Shown one piece after another: positions 19,353 to 29,903 of a stretch of DNA of 64,000 nucleotides. A program made the position numbers and the translations under genes. Below the pieces are notes generated by a model. That model ran no database searches. It worked only from the letters and a program-made list of their open reading frames with translations, and was not told where the DNA came from. This DNA comes from Desulfatiglandales bacterium (GTDB lineage: Bacteria; Desulfobacterota; DSM-4660; Desulfatiglandales; Desulfatiglandaceae): the NCBI GenBank assembly GCA_963662465.1, contig OY759599.1, positions 6,144,001 to 6,208,000 of the forward strand, written 5' to 3'. How positions within the stretch are numbered: position 1 is the first letter of the stretch; every line of letters begins with the position of its first letter.

Positions 19353-19604
19353 TCACAGAAGTTTAACCAGGGCAGCGACAACAGCGATGGAGAGCGCCAT
19401 CATTCCGCCAAGGCGGATGGTAATACGCATTTCGGACTCTTTTATGTCACGCTGTAGCATGAGGATATCCTGCTTGGTAGCAAGGCGGGTTTCAATCAAT
19501 TCGCTGATAATTTTGGTTTGTTCCGCCGCCTGCTCTTCCGTGAAGCCAACAGCTTTAAGGCGTTTCACGTTTTCAAATGTATCAAACGTAACGGTGGCAC
19601 TCAT
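19353..19604 (-). CDS. DUF1640/CCDC90-like protein, copy 2 (83 aa)
   Basis: MSATVTFDTFENVKRLKAVGFTEEQA..LATKQDI..VAALVKLL; the longer track ORF runs through the tRNA and is an artefact. Confidence 0.85.
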   Translation of the reverse strand: MSATVTFDTFENVKRLKAVGFTEEQAAEQTKIISELIETRLATKQDILMLQRDIKESEMRITIRLGGMMALSIAVVAALVKLL

Positions 19605-19635
19605 GATGAACCCCTTTCTTGAATGAATATTATGG

Positions 19636-19665
19636 ATTCTACCATGGAGGGGGAACCATGGACAA
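19636..19665 (-). promoter_or_regulatory. sigma70 promoter of DUF1640 copy 2
   Basis: Minus strand TTGTCC-18nt-TAGAAT with CCATGG-N8-CCATGG. Confidence 0.55.
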
Positions 19666-19759
19666 CTTTTATTTTGCGGGAAGGTTCCCGAAATCTGTTT
19701 CGGGAACATGGTAACCTGTTTTTGTGGGGGATAGCGTGGGGGACAGGAAAACAGGCCAC

Positions 19760-19794
19760 AAAAAAAAGGGCTCACAAAATTGATGTAAGCCCTT
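19760..19794 (-). terminator. terminator downstream of tRNA-fMet
   Basis: Minus strand AAGGGCTTACA-loop-TGTGAGCCC followed by a T run. Confidence 0.75.
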
Positions 19795-19804
19795 GTTATT
19801 GTTA

Positions 19805-19881
<77 letters not shown>

Positions 19882-20033
19882 TCAATTCCATCAAGATAAT
19901 GTTTATTCGGATCAATGTCAATCAAAAAAAACAGGAAATTGCCATAAAAAAAGGAAACCGCCATTGCGATCCATTCGAAGAGTCGATAGGCCGCTCTTGA
20001 GGACACAGAACCTTATGCCGGCAACCCACCCCA

Positions 20034-21515
20034 TCAGCCCGGCAGGCGCACAAAAAAAGTCGTCCCCTTCCCTTTAACACTCTTGACCCACATTTCGCCC
20101 CCATGGGCTTCCACAATTTTGTAGGATATGGCCAAGCCCAGTCCGGACCCGCGATCCCGGGTTGTATAAAAAGGTTCAAAGATATGAAGGATGTCCTCCT
20201 CGCTGATGCCGATCCCTTCATCGCGAATTCGAATTTCAACGCCACCGCCGGACCATCCCAGCGTTTTTATGGCGATACGGCCACCCTCTTCCATGGCTTC
20301 CGCGCCATTGGTAACGATATTGATCACCACCTGTTTCAGCTTGTCCGGATCGCATTGGATCTCGGTTAAATTTGGCGCCAGGTCTGCTCGCATGGGGTAT
20401 TTATCGGATGGATAGATAGCACTGAAAATTTTCAGAACATCCTGAATGACGGAATTGATATCCGCCGGCCGCCGCACCAGTTTGTAGACCTTTGTGAAGT
20501 CTCCCAGGCTTGCGACCAGTCGCTCCAGTCGACCGACTTCGTCAAGGATCATATCCAGTTTTTTTACCGCCTTTTCATCGTCGAGGCTGTTGCGAATCTG
20601 ATAAGAAAACCCGCCGATAATCATAAGCGGACTTTTGATTTCATGAACCACATGGGCGACGGTAGTACCAACGGCCGCGAGACGTCCGGAACGAAGCAGT
20701 TTCTCTTCCAGTTTCTTTTGAACGGAGACATCCCGAATAATGGCTGTAAACGTATGGGCGCCATCCATCTCGTGAAAGGAAAGCCCCAACTCGATGGGAA
20801 ACTCCTCCCCATTTTTTCGAAAGGCGTTCAGCGATTGGGTTTTGCCGATGATTTTGGGTTTTCTCGTTTCCAAAAATCTTTTGACAAAACGCGCATGATC
20901 TCCATATTTAGGCGGAATGAGTATATTAAGGTCTTTTTTGAAAACCTCCTCTCGCTTATACCCGAAAATCCGTTCCGCCGCGTTGTTATACAGAATGATT
21001 TTATGGTCCTCGTTTATACTGATAATGGCATCGGTTGCCGTATCCAGAATGGTCCTGAAATTTTTTTCAGAGGCTCTCAGTCTGGAGAGCAGGTTACGGT
21101 ATTCCGTCACATCCCTCGATATTTCAACAAAATACCGCTCACCCGTTTCCCTGTTTACGACCGGATACATGATTCGGCGCAAGGCTTTGAAGTATTCCCC
21201 TTTCGAGCCGCGCCGAGAGGTCATCTCCACTCTTTGCCCGGTCTCCCTGGCCTTCTGAAGCGGGCAATCCCGATCTTTCAAATGACAGGGGAACCCTGAT
21301 GCTTTTTTGACGTCATAACATCTTCTGCCCAGAACCGCCTCTTTTGAAAGCCCCCGTTCATCCAGGAAAACTCGGTTTACATCCTGAATAATGCCGTCTC
21401 CATCCACCACCATGATTTCTTCGCTGATGCCGTCAAAAATGGTTTCCAGAAAGGCCTCATTGGTTTTCATGTCGGTCAAAGGATATTTTTTTTCCAAGAT
21501 TATCCCCCCATCCAT
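20034..21515 (-). CDS. PAS-PAS sensor histidine kinase (cytoplasmic, orphan)
   Basis: Two PAS domains, H-box VVHEIKSPL, N-box, DEGIGI, FEPFYTT, GSGLGL. Confidence 0.92.
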   Translation of the reverse strand: MDGGIILEKKYPLTDMKTNEAFLETIFDGISEEIMVVDGDGIIQDVNRVFLDERGLSKEAVLGRRCYDVKKASGFPCHLKDRDCPLQKARETGQRVEMTSRRGSKGEYFKALRRIMYPVVNRETGERYFVEISRDVTEYRNLLSRLRASEKNFRTILDTATDAIISINEDHKIILYNNAAERIFGYKREEVFKKDLNILIPPKYGDHARFVKRFLETRKPKIIGKTQSLNAFRKNGEEFPIELGLSFHEMDGAHTFTAIIRDVSVQKKLEEKLLRSGRLAAVGTTVAHVVHEIKSPLMIIGGFSYQIRNSLDDEKAVKKLDMILDEVGRLERLVASLGDFTKVYKLVRRPADINSVIQDVLKIFSAIYPSDKYPMRADLAPNLTEIQCDPDKLKQVVINIVTNGAEAMEEGGRIAIKTLGWSGGGVEIRIRDEGIGISEEDILHIFEPFYTTRDRGSGLGLAISYKIVEAHGGEMWVKSVKGKGTTFFVRLPG

Positions 21516-22072
21516 GGACTGAAAAATACATACTTGAGGGAAAGGATGTCAAACATCTCATCGGCGCCCTCCCGGATAGCCCTGTACAATTCTTTCATGG
21601 TCTCGGCTTTGCCAAGGGACGCGCGGTAGGAAACATCATCATAAAACTCGAAATCAAGGGGAAGCAAAACCTGGTCAAGGTTGCCATGCCAGTGGACTTT
21701 GAGCGTCTCTTTCATGGAAAATACTTTTTTATACATGGCCCACAAAAGATCCGTTCTCAAAATCGGATGCACCTGATTGATCATGCAGTCGGTCAGTCCA
21801 ATCAGGTAATAGATCTCCCGCATCTTTATTTCATCCTTGCGATTCGCGTAAAGAGATCGAATGGTAAAGGACATGCCCCCTTCAAGGGAAAAATGCGGGG
21901 GTACGGCGGCCAACCCCTCCGGTTTGGGTTCAAGAGTTTCAGCAAGACTTAAACGCATTTGAACAAAGTGAGATGTTCGCCATAACGCCTTTTGAAACCG
22001 CCAGGGCCCGGAGGCGGGCAAATCCTCCGGCGGCTTCTTGCGCCTGCTTTTGAGATCAATGACTTTTCCCAT
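21500..22072 (-). CDS. hypothetical protein
   Basis: 190-aa ORF between xerD and the kinase, overlapping the kinase start. Confidence 0.65.
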   Translation of the reverse strand: MGKVIDLKSRRKKPPEDLPASGPWRFQKALWRTSHFVQMRLSLAETLEPKPEGLAAVPPHFSLEGGMSFTIRSLYANRKDEIKMREIYYLIGLTDCMINQVHPILRTDLLWAMYKKVFSMKETLKVHWHGNLDQVLLPLDFEFYDDVSYRASLGKAETMKELYRAIREGADEMFDILSLKYVFFSPWMGG

Positions 22073-22141
22073 TTTCGGTTACCCGCATGAATAAATCCTT
22101 AATGAACAATATGCTGTCTTGATGTCGGCAATCCCCGGGAA

Positions 22142-23023
22142 TTACGGCCTCGGATGACATTTTTCGTGAATTTCCTTCAGTCTCCCTCGGGTCACATGGG
22201 TATAAATCTGGGTGGTGGTGATATCGGCATGCCCGAGCATCACCTGAACAGACCGCAAATCGGCGCCGGCTTCCAGGAGATGACTGGCAAATGAATGCCG
22301 CAATCCGTGCGGTGTAATACGCTTATTAATTCTCGCGGCTATTCCATGGTTCCGAACAATTTTCCAGAACCCCTGCCGTGTCAATGGTTTTCCCCTGAAA
22401 TTCAAAAACAGGTGCGGCGGATGCCCCTCTTTCAACAGGGCCGGACGTCCGTAAGAAAGATACCCTCTGACGGCTTGAAGCGCCTTTTCACCAAAGGGCA
22501 CCAGTCTTTCCTTTTCGCCTTTTCCGAGGGTCCTCACATACCCGGCCTCCAGGTTGACGTCCAACATCCTGAGACCCACCATTTCTGAAACCCGCAACCC
22601 CGTGGCATAAAGGAGTTCCAGCATGGCGCAATCCCGCTGCCCCCGGGGCGTCACGATGTCCGGCTGAGCCAGAAGCTGTTCCACTTCATCCAAACTCAGG
22701 ATATCCGGCAAATTACGTGGAATACGGGGTGTTTCCAGAAGTCTTGCGGGATTCTCTTTCATTCGGTTTTCTGAAACCAGAAACCGAAAAAACGTTTTAA
22801 TGGCTGAGATATTGCGAGCCTGGGACCTTTTTGAGAGGCTGTTGCAAAGGGTGCCCACATAGTCTCGAATGACGCTCCGGGAAATACCTGTAGGAATAAG
22901 CTTTCGACTCTCCAGATACTTTAAAAAGCGGATGAGATCACGGCTGTAGGCCTGAACCGTATTCTCCGCAAGGCCGCGTTCAACCCGCAGATGGGTAGTG
23001 AATTCATCCAGTAAATCGTACAT
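22142..23023 (-). CDS. xerD: site-specific tyrosine recombinase XerD
   Basis: VERGLAENTVQAY..DL, LYATGLRVSE, GKGEKERLVP, TPHGLRHSFASHLL, LGHADITTTQIYTHV, ends HPRP. Confidence 0.93.
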   Translation of the reverse strand: MYDLLDEFTTHLRVERGLAENTVQAYSRDLIRFLKYLESRKLIPTGISRSVIRDYVGTLCNSLSKRSQARNISAIKTFFRFLVSENRMKENPARLLETPRIPRNLPDILSLDEVEQLLAQPDIVTPRGQRDCAMLELLYATGLRVSEMVGLRMLDVNLEAGYVRTLGKGEKERLVPFGEKALQAVRGYLSYGRPALLKEGHPPHLFLNFRGKPLTRQGFWKIVRNHGIAARINKRITPHGLRHSFASHLLEAGADLRSVQVMLGHADITTTQIYTHVTRGRLKEIHEKCHPRP

Positions 23024-23085
23024 GGTTATCCCTTCCATGGATCCCTGCGCATGGGAACCAGATGAGGACAAAAAATCCCGAACCA

Positions 23086-24210
23086 TCAGGTAAAATCGTA
23101 AAAATGATCATTCCGGGTTAGAATCCTGGGGCCTTCGGCTTCCAAAACCACCATTTCTTCAAGACGCACGCCCCCTTTGCTGGGGATATAGATTCCCGGT
23201 TCAATGGTAAAAACGGTTCCAACCCTTAGCGCGACGGAGTTTCTCACCGTAAGTCTGGGGCCTTCGTGGGCGGCAAGACCAACCCCATGCCCCAAACCAT
23301 GCCCGAAATATTCGCCGAAACCGGCGTCATGAATCATATTTCTGGCAACGGCGTCCACTTGTGAACTTTGCACCAGGGGGGTTATATGCTTGAGCGCCGC
23401 CAGCTGGGCCTGCCGAACAATGCGGTAAATCCGCTTGAAATCATCGTCGGGATTTCCCAGAAAAACCGTTCTGGTGATATCGGAGCAGTACCCATTCACT
23501 CGGACCCCGGCATCCAGCATAATCGGCTCTCGAGGTTTGATTTTCCGATTTGAGGGCGCCGCATGGGGTAGCGCACTGTTGGGGCCAGATGCCACAATGG
23601 AGGGAAAAGACAATCCATCCGCGCCGGCCTCCCTGGCCAGGTTCTCGATTTGCCACGCCACGTCCTTTTCCGTTACATCGGGTCTTAATCTTGAAATGAC
23701 TTCATCCAGGATATCTGAAATCATGTCCCCTGCCTTTTCCAGGGCTTGGACTTCCCATTCCGCCTTGACTTCGCGCATGTCTTCCACTACGCCGTTAAGG
23801 GGTGTCAGCACCACCCGCGGCGAAAGGGCCGCCAGCTTTTCAGCTGCCATTTTATGAAGCCCCCAGGTTATATAATCTTCTTCAAAGCCGAGATGGTGCA
23901 AGCCGAGGTTTTTGGTGAAAACCGGAATATCTTCCACAAAATTCCGTTTGAGGGTATGCACCTTAAACCCCACAGCTTCCTTTTCAGCCGCAAGGGTATA
24001 TCTGGAGTCCGTTATCAGCAGGCGGTTTTCACCATTAATCAGAAGGGACCCCGAGGATTCGGGAAACTGACCGTCTTCCGCACTGAAACCTGAAAGATAG
24101 CGCCGGTTCTCGGGTTTAATGATCCAGGCCGCGTCGCAACCATTTTCCACGGACAAATTCAAAGATCGGATAAGGGCCGCCACCCGCTGGGCGTAAATTG
24201 ATTCATTCAT
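23086..24210 (-). CDS. Xaa-Pro aminopeptidase (M24B)
   Basis: Creatinase N-domain NRRYLSGF/TDSRY, GYCSDITRT, HGLGHGVGL..HEGP, TIEPGIY, GVRLEE. Confidence 0.93.
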   Translation of the reverse strand: MNESIYAQRVAALIRSLNLSVENGCDAAWIIKPENRRYLSGFSAEDGQFPESSGSLLINGENRLLITDSRYTLAAEKEAVGFKVHTLKRNFVEDIPVFTKNLGLHHLGFEEDYITWGLHKMAAEKLAALSPRVVLTPLNGVVEDMREVKAEWEVQALEKAGDMISDILDEVISRLRPDVTEKDVAWQIENLAREAGADGLSFPSIVASGPNSALPHAAPSNRKIKPREPIMLDAGVRVNGYCSDITRTVFLGNPDDDFKRIYRIVRQAQLAALKHITPLVQSSQVDAVARNMIHDAGFGEYFGHGLGHGVGLAAHEGPRLTVRNSVALRVGTVFTIEPGIYIPSKGGVRLEEMVVLEAEGPRILTRNDHFYDFT

Positions 24211-24464
24211 GGTTTACCTCTCATTAAAAAAAACCATTCCAGCTTACCAGAAGGATGATGGAAATGCAATTGTGAGGAATCGTAATAACGTCGCAAGATT
24301 TCATAAAATTGAAGACGACCCATGATATGTTGACAGAACTCCGCCTACCTGTTAAAAATTCTGACAAGTTTCCCTCCATAGCGCCGCCATGGCATCAATG
24401 AATGAATGAATTAATGAATGGGCACGTACAAACCTTCTGGAAAGGATATGGGTAATTCTAACAC

Positions 24465-26450
24465 ATGACAGTTGGAAGCATCATTGAATATATTGATCAG
24501 AGCAAGTTCATTTGCACCGTTTGTTTACAGGACAAGGGAAGTCGGCTTCATCTGCTGACCCCGGCAAACCGGGAAGTCAACCTTTCGCCTAAAAGGACCG
24601 TTCTCATGTCGGACGCAAGGCTTGATGTGGGACAACCCAGAGATGATCTGCTGCGGAAACTGCAACAATTGGAACATTTGCGGATCAAGCTGAAAGAAGA
24701 GATTGACGTTAAAGAAATATGGGAGCTGATTCGGGACGAAGAAGAAGTCTTTGACCACCAGTATCTGGCTCAGCTGGCTTTCGGTGAAGAAGCCGCGGAT
24801 GACCACTTTTCAGCCGTTATTCGTGCCCTTTTCGAAAATCATCTCTATTTCAAGATGAAAAACGGGCTCTTCCTGCCCAACTCGGAGAGTCGTGTCGAAC
24901 AAATTATCCGCCAGGAAGAGGAGGCTGCTGAAAAGGCGGAGCGACTTGAACAGGGGAGTGCGTGGTTAAAAGATGTTCTTGAGGGCAAGCAAACCCGGGC
25001 GCCTGCCTGCCGGAAAGACATTACGCGTCTGTTGATTCAATTGGCCCTTTACGGCGCTGATGCCGATGACTTTAAATATGGAAAGGAACTACTTTCAAAT
25101 GCCGGCATAACGGATATCCGGCAAGCCCGATCTTTGCTCATACGGCTGGGCGAATGGGAAGAAGACGAACCCCTTGATCTGCTGCGATCAGGGGTGGAGA
25201 TCGCTTTTACTTCGGCGCAATTGGAAGAATCCGCTCGTCTGGCGGTTTCAGGGGTTCCTGAATACCCACGTGAAGACCTGAGGTCGCTGCCCATTATGAC
25301 CATTGACGGGCCCACGACCCAGGACTACGACGACGCCATAAGCCTGGAAATATTTGAGGACGAACTGAGAATCGGCATCCATATTGCCGACGTAGCGGCA
25401 GTTATTGCCAAGGACAGTCCTGTTGACGCCGCGGCAAGAGATCGCGCTTCCTCTCTATACCTTCCAAGAAGACAAGTTCCCATGATTCCCCATGATCTTT
25501 CCCAGGATATTTTGAGTTTGAAACAAGGGTGCGATCGCCCGGCGATTTCTCTTCTGGCCGATTTCGACATGAATGGGGCCTTGTTGCGGTATCGGTTTAC
25601 CCCCAGCATAATTCGGGTTCAGCAACAGCTCACATACAGTGATGTCAATGAGAACTTACTAAAGGAGCCCCAATTTAGAGAATTGTACCGATTGGCGGAG
25701 ATTCTGCGGCAAAAACGCATGGACCACGGCGCCATGAATATTTCCCTGCCTGAACTGGAAATAAATATTGATGAAAAGGGCGCTTTGACCCTGGATTTGG
25801 TAACGCAGGATTCACCGTCCCGCATGATTGTGGCGGAGTTTATGATCCTGTATAATTCACTGGCAGGTGATTTTTTTAAGAAGAATGAGATTCCCATCCT
25901 TTTCAGGGCGCAATCGCAACCAACGGAAAAATTGCCGCTGGATGAAAAGGGCTATGTTTTTTATGTGTTCCAGCAGAGAAGAAAACTCAGTCCCCTTAAT
26001 ATCAGCACAAATCCAAAGCCCCACAGTGGTCTGGGCGTAGACCTTTACACCCAGGCCACCTCCCCCATACGCAGATATCTTGACCTGGTTGCACAGCGGC
26101 AATTATTTGGTTTTTTTGCGAACGGCGCACCCATTTACAGCGAGGAGAGCTTGGAAGAAATCAGGATTTCCGTTGAGCCGCTGATTAAAACCCTGGGGCG
26201 CATCCAGCGAAACCGGTTGCGCTATTGGACCTTGAAATATCTCGGTTTGAACCGTGACAAAACTTTCAAGGCCCTGGTTCTGGATGAACTCAAAAACAAA
26301 TACAGAATCGTGTTGAAGGATTTTCTCATGGTAACGGACTTCAAACGACAGGATGGCATTATATTTTCCAAAGGGCAGGAAATTCTGGTAAAAGTCAAAA
26401 AAGCGGACCCCTGGGATGATGTGATCACCTTGGAATATGTGTCGTCATAG
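24465..26450 (+). CDS. RNB-domain exoribonuclease (RNase II/R family)
   Basis: TIDGPTTQDYDDAIS, IHIADV, VAEFMI, YTQATSPIRRYLDL. Confidence 0.92.
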   Translation: MTVGSIIEYIDQSKFICTVCLQDKGSRLHLLTPANREVNLSPKRTVLMSDARLDVGQPRDDLLRKLQQLEHLRIKLKEEIDVKEIWELIRDEEEVFDHQYLAQLAFGEEAADDHFSAVIRALFENHLYFKMKNGLFLPNSESRVEQIIRQEEEAAEKAERLEQGSAWLKDVLEGKQTRAPACRKDITRLLIQLALYGADADDFKYGKELLSNAGITDIRQARSLLIRLGEWEEDEPLDLLRSGVEIAFTSAQLEESARLAVSGVPEYPREDLRSLPIMTIDGPTTQDYDDAISLEIFEDELRIGIHIADVAAVIAKDSPVDAAARDRASSLYLPRRQVPMIPHDLSQDILSLKQGCDRPAISLLADFDMNGALLRYRFTPSIIRVQQQLTYSDVNENLLKEPQFRELYRLAEILRQKRMDHGAMNISLPELEINIDEKGALTLDLVTQDSPSRMIVAEFMILYNSLAGDFFKKNEIPILFRAQSQPTEKLPLDEKGYVFYVFQQRRKLSPLNISTNPKPHSGLGVDLYTQATSPIRRYLDLVAQRQLFGFFANGAPIYSEESLEEIRISVEPLIKTLGRIQRNRLRYWTLKYLGLNRDKTFKALVLDELKNKYRIVLKDFLMVTDFKRQDGIIFSKGQEILVKVKKADPWDDVITLEYVSS

Positions 26451-26460
26451 GAAGAACTTA

Positions 26461-27216
26461 TTAGGATCGCTTTTTTTCCAGGTGAAAATCCTTGTTCAGA
26501 AGAAGACGCCCTGTCCCGTCGTAAACCAAAATCTTGAGTCCCGAAGGCATTTTTTCAGGGGCCTCAAAAGACCATCGGGCGCGGAGTCGGCGAAAATTTC
26601 TTATTTTGAAGGCCTGACCTTTTTTAGGATCAATGGGAAGCCCATCTTTAAAAATCGTTTTGGGGGAAGAGTACATCCGTGGTGGATCCGCCTCGTTGTC
26701 CACGGCAATGACGAAAATATACCCACGGATGGGTGAAAGAGCGGACTTTGACCGGATAAGTTTGAACGTAACCGACAAATTGGCGTCTCGACGATTTGTT
26801 TTCAATTCCTCAATGTTGACAATGGCTTTCCGTGCGTCTGCTTCCGATGCTTTCAAGACCGTTTTATCGCTGCCGGTTTGCACCCCATTTTCAATCGGTA
26901 TTTTTGTGGGGTCGATGTAATTTTCCAGGAACCGCAAACGCTGTCTGGTTTGATAGAGGGCTCTTTTGGTCTCCTTGAAATCTTTCTCAAGACGCCCCCG
27001 GAAACTTTTCTGCTGTTGCTCGCTCAAATAGTGCGCAACCCAGACAAAGGAGAACAGGAAATTGAGTACAATAACAACCACAATCCCAACCAGGAGTGGA
27101 AAATGAATATTGAAGCTCCATACTTTTCCGAGACCTTTTGATGCCATTATGGCAACGTTGTTCAACTCGGGCGGTTTCTTTTTTTTGAAAGATAGTTTGT
27201 TTTGAAAAGAACTCAT
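26461..27216 (-). CDS. hypothetical single-pass membrane protein with coiled coil
   Basis: Hydrophobic segment LLVGIVVVIVLNFLFSFVWV then a coiled coil; start uncertain. Confidence 0.65.
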   Translation of the reverse strand: MSSFQNKLSFKKKKPPELNNVAIMASKGLGKVWSFNIHFPLLVGIVVVIVLNFLFSFVWVAHYLSEQQQKSFRGRLEKDFKETKRALYQTRQRLRFLENYIDPTKIPIENGVQTGSDKTVLKASEADARKAIVNIEELKTNRRDANLSVTFKLIRSKSALSPIRGYIFVIAVDNEADPPRMYSSPKTIFKDGLPIDPKKGQAFKIRNFRRLRARWSFEAPEKMPSGLKILVYDGTGRLLLNKDFHLEKKRS

Positions 27217-27337
27217 GGCCGTTTTAATCCTTCGTAAACAAGAAAAGGGTTGCATTAAGGGTTGCGCAGGTTTACCAAAATAGAAATGCGATTTCAAGGA
27301 GACAGCGTCCTTGTCTGATTTTGAGGATAATTAATAC

Positions 27338-28591
27338 GTGAAACCCCATGGCAGCGCCAAAAAAATGGAACCCCCGCAACACCGAACGTCGCACACGGCG
27401 ACGGGCCAAGATAAGACCAAATTCACTTCATTTCTGGGTCCGATTCTCTTTTTAGCCAATATTTTTTTCCTGAACTTCATATCCAGAATCATTTTTGCGC
27501 CATTACTGCCCAGTATTCAGGAAGATCTGGGCCTGGCTCACGTCGAAGCCGCTTCCCTGTTTCTGTTTATCAGCATCGGATATGCCGTCTCTCTCCTGGG
27601 TTCCGGCTTTGTTTCCTGTCGTCTTCAGCACCGGAAAACCATTGTTTTGTCAGCCATAACCGTTGGGGTATCGCTTATCGGCATCGCTTTCGGCAACAGC
27701 ATCTGGATGATTCGGGGAGGATTGCTTTTTCTGGGATTGGCGTCAGGTCTCTATCTCCCTTCAGGCCTTGCCTCCTTAACCACGTTGGTTAAAGTGGAAC
27801 ACTGGGGAAAAGCCATCGCCACCCACGAATTGGCGCCGAATTTGAGCTTTTTTGCCGCGCCCCTGCTGGCTGAGGGCCTGATGATGTGGTTTTCCTGGCG
27901 AGGCGTATTGGGTTTCCTCGGCGTCTGGTCCATTATGACGGGGGTCCTTTTTCATTTTTTTGGAAAAGGGGGCGATTTTTCCGGCGAAGCCCCGAATTTC
28001 ATGTCCCTCAAAACCCTTTTTTCCCAAAAATCATTCTGGATCATGATGGTTTTGTTTTCTTATGGCATCTGCGCCACCATGGGCATTTATACCATGCTTC
28101 CCCTTTTTCTGGTGGCCCAACACGGATTGGAGCGGAACTGGGCCAACACCCTGGTGGCATTGTCAAGGATATCCGGCCTGTTTATGGCCTTCCTTGCCGG
28201 CTGGGCAACCGATCGGGTCGGGGCCAGACTCACCATGAGCGGCGTTTTTCTGATTGCGGGGTTGACAACCATTCTTCTGGGCATCCTGACGGGATCATGG
28301 CTGGTGACAATGGTGTTTTTACAGCCGGTGATGGCCGTCTGCTTTTTTCCGCCGGGTTTTGCGGCGCTCTCCGCCATCGGTCCGCCCAACGCTCGAAACG
28401 TTGCCGTATCTCTCACGGTGCCCGCGGCCTTTCTGCTCGGGGGAGGCGCCATTCCCCTCGGTATCGGCATGATGGGCGATGCGGGTTTCTTTTCCCTTGG
28501 GATTTCCGCTGCCGGAGGGTTGATCCTTTCGGGGGCGATCCTGGCGCTCTTCTATAAGCCGGGGCGTGTGAAGACCGTTGTTTCTCCTTGA
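27338..28591 (+). CDS. MFS transporter
   Basis: About 12 hydrophobic helices; GWATDRVGAR motif A. Confidence 0.88.
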   Translation: MKPHGSAKKMEPPQHRTSHTATGQDKTKFTSFLGPILFLANIFFLNFISRIIFAPLLPSIQEDLGLAHVEAASLFLFISIGYAVSLLGSGFVSCRLQHRKTIVLSAITVGVSLIGIAFGNSIWMIRGGLLFLGLASGLYLPSGLASLTTLVKVEHWGKAIATHELAPNLSFFAAPLLAEGLMMWFSWRGVLGFLGVWSIMTGVLFHFFGKGGDFSGEAPNFMSLKTLFSQKSFWIMMVLFSYGICATMGIYTMLPLFLVAQHGLERNWANTLVALSRISGLFMAFLAGWATDRVGARLTMSGVFLIAGLTTILLGILTGSWLVTMVFLQPVMAVCFFPPGFAALSAIGPPNARNVAVSLTVPAAFLLGGGAIPLGIGMMGDAGFFSLGISAAGGLILSGAILALFYKPGRVKTVVSP

Positions 28592-28732
28592 CCCGCCAAG
28601 GATCATTGCCTATAATTCGTTGTTGTTCAATTATTGGCCCAAGGATTGTAAACACTGGAGATTTATAGGCCCGCCAACAGGTTGGCCAGGGCTTCGGTGT
28701 TTGTCTTAAGAACGTATGACTTGGAGGTTATA

Positions 28733-29899
28733 ATGGGTAAAGTAGGAATTATCGGAGTTGGCCAAAGCGCTTTCGTGCGCGGATATCCCGGGTCCATCAG
28801 GGAACTTGCCTTTGAAGGATTTAGAGAGGCCATGCAGGACGCTCAAATTTCAAATAAGGATATTGATGCGTCGATCATTTGTTCATCCCCGGAATACGAC
28901 AAGCAGCGATCGCCCGCCGGGGTTTTAGCGGAATACCTGGGGCTTACGCCGCAGCCCACCTGTTATCTGGAAAGCCTGTGTTCTTCCAGCAGCATGGGAT
29001 TGAAGTTTGCTTATTCACTGGTTAAATCCGGTCTTCACGATGTCGTCGCCGTGGTGGGTTTTCAGAAGATGTCGGAAATATCGTCAGCCGAAAGTCAAGA
29101 GCGGATGGGCCGGGGCGCGGACATTCAGTGGGAGAGTCCCTTCGGCACCATGATGCCGGCATACTATGCCATGTATGCCAAACGGCATATGGCGGAGTAC
29201 GGCACCACCCCCGAGGATCTGGCGCTCATTCGCGTCAAAGCCGCCAGCTACGGTCAGCTCAACGAAAAAGCCGTGTATCGCAAACCCGTAACTTTAGAGA
29301 TGTTTTCAGATTCCAATAGCCCCATGTCGGGTCCCGTGGCGTCCCCTCTCAGGGTCGGGGATTGTTGCGCCAATGCGGATGGCAGTTCATGCGTCATCGT
29401 TGCCAGCGAGGAAAGGGCAAAGGCCCTCTGCAAGAAGCCGGTGTGGATACTGGGTGTGGGAGCGGCTTCCACCGCCGTCAACCTGGCGGGGAGAGATCTG
29501 TTCTCGGGGCTTACGGTTGCCAAGGAATCGGCGGCGCAGGCCTACAAAATGGCCGGCATTACCGCAAAGGATGTGGATGTGGCGGAAGTCCACGATTGTT
29601 TCACCATCGCCGAGATGATGGCCTATGAAAACTTAGGCTTTGCAAAACCCGGCGAGGGAAAAGAGCTGATCCGGGCAAAAGAAACCTACAAAGAGGGGAG
29701 CATCCCGGTCAATGTTGACGGCGGCCTGCTGTCCAAGGGTCATCCCATCGGCGCCACCGGCGGTTCACAGATCAGAACCATTGTACGTCAGTTGCGCGGG
29801 GAGGCCGGCGACATTCAGGTCAAAGATCCGGAGATCGGACTGGTTCACAACATCGGTGGTGTGGGCCTGTACGGAAACGTCAGCATTTTTGGGAGGTAA
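28733..29899 (+). CDS. SCP-x/archaeal-type thiolase domain protein
   Basis: ESLCSSS, VAEVHDCFTIAE, VNVDGGLLSKGHPIGATG, GLVHNIGG; GGAGG RBS before ATG 28733. Confidence 0.9.
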   Translation: MGKVGIIGVGQSAFVRGYPGSIRELAFEGFREAMQDAQISNKDIDASIICSSPEYDKQRSPAGVLAEYLGLTPQPTCYLESLCSSSSMGLKFAYSLVKSGLHDVVAVVGFQKMSEISSAESQERMGRGADIQWESPFGTMMPAYYAMYAKRHMAEYGTTPEDLALIRVKAASYGQLNEKAVYRKPVTLEMFSDSNSPMSGPVASPLRVGDCCANADGSSCVIVASEERAKALCKKPVWILGVGAASTAVNLAGRDLFSGLTVAKESAAQAYKMAGITAKDVDVAEVHDCFTIAEMMAYENLGFAKPGEGKELIRAKETYKEGSIPVNVDGGLLSKGHPIGATGGSQIRTIVRQLRGEAGDIQVKDPEIGLVHNIGGVGLYGNVSIFGR

Positions 29900-29903
29900 C
29901 ATC

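Noticed and set aside
22142..23023. Integrase of an element inserted at tRNA-fMet
   Set aside because: The sequence is canonical XerD among housekeeping genes, and I found no duplicated tRNA 3' end (att site).
24397..24421. ATGAATGAATGAATTAATGAATG as a second FadR box
   Set aside because: It is a direct tetramer repeat without the inverted TCATTCA half-site.
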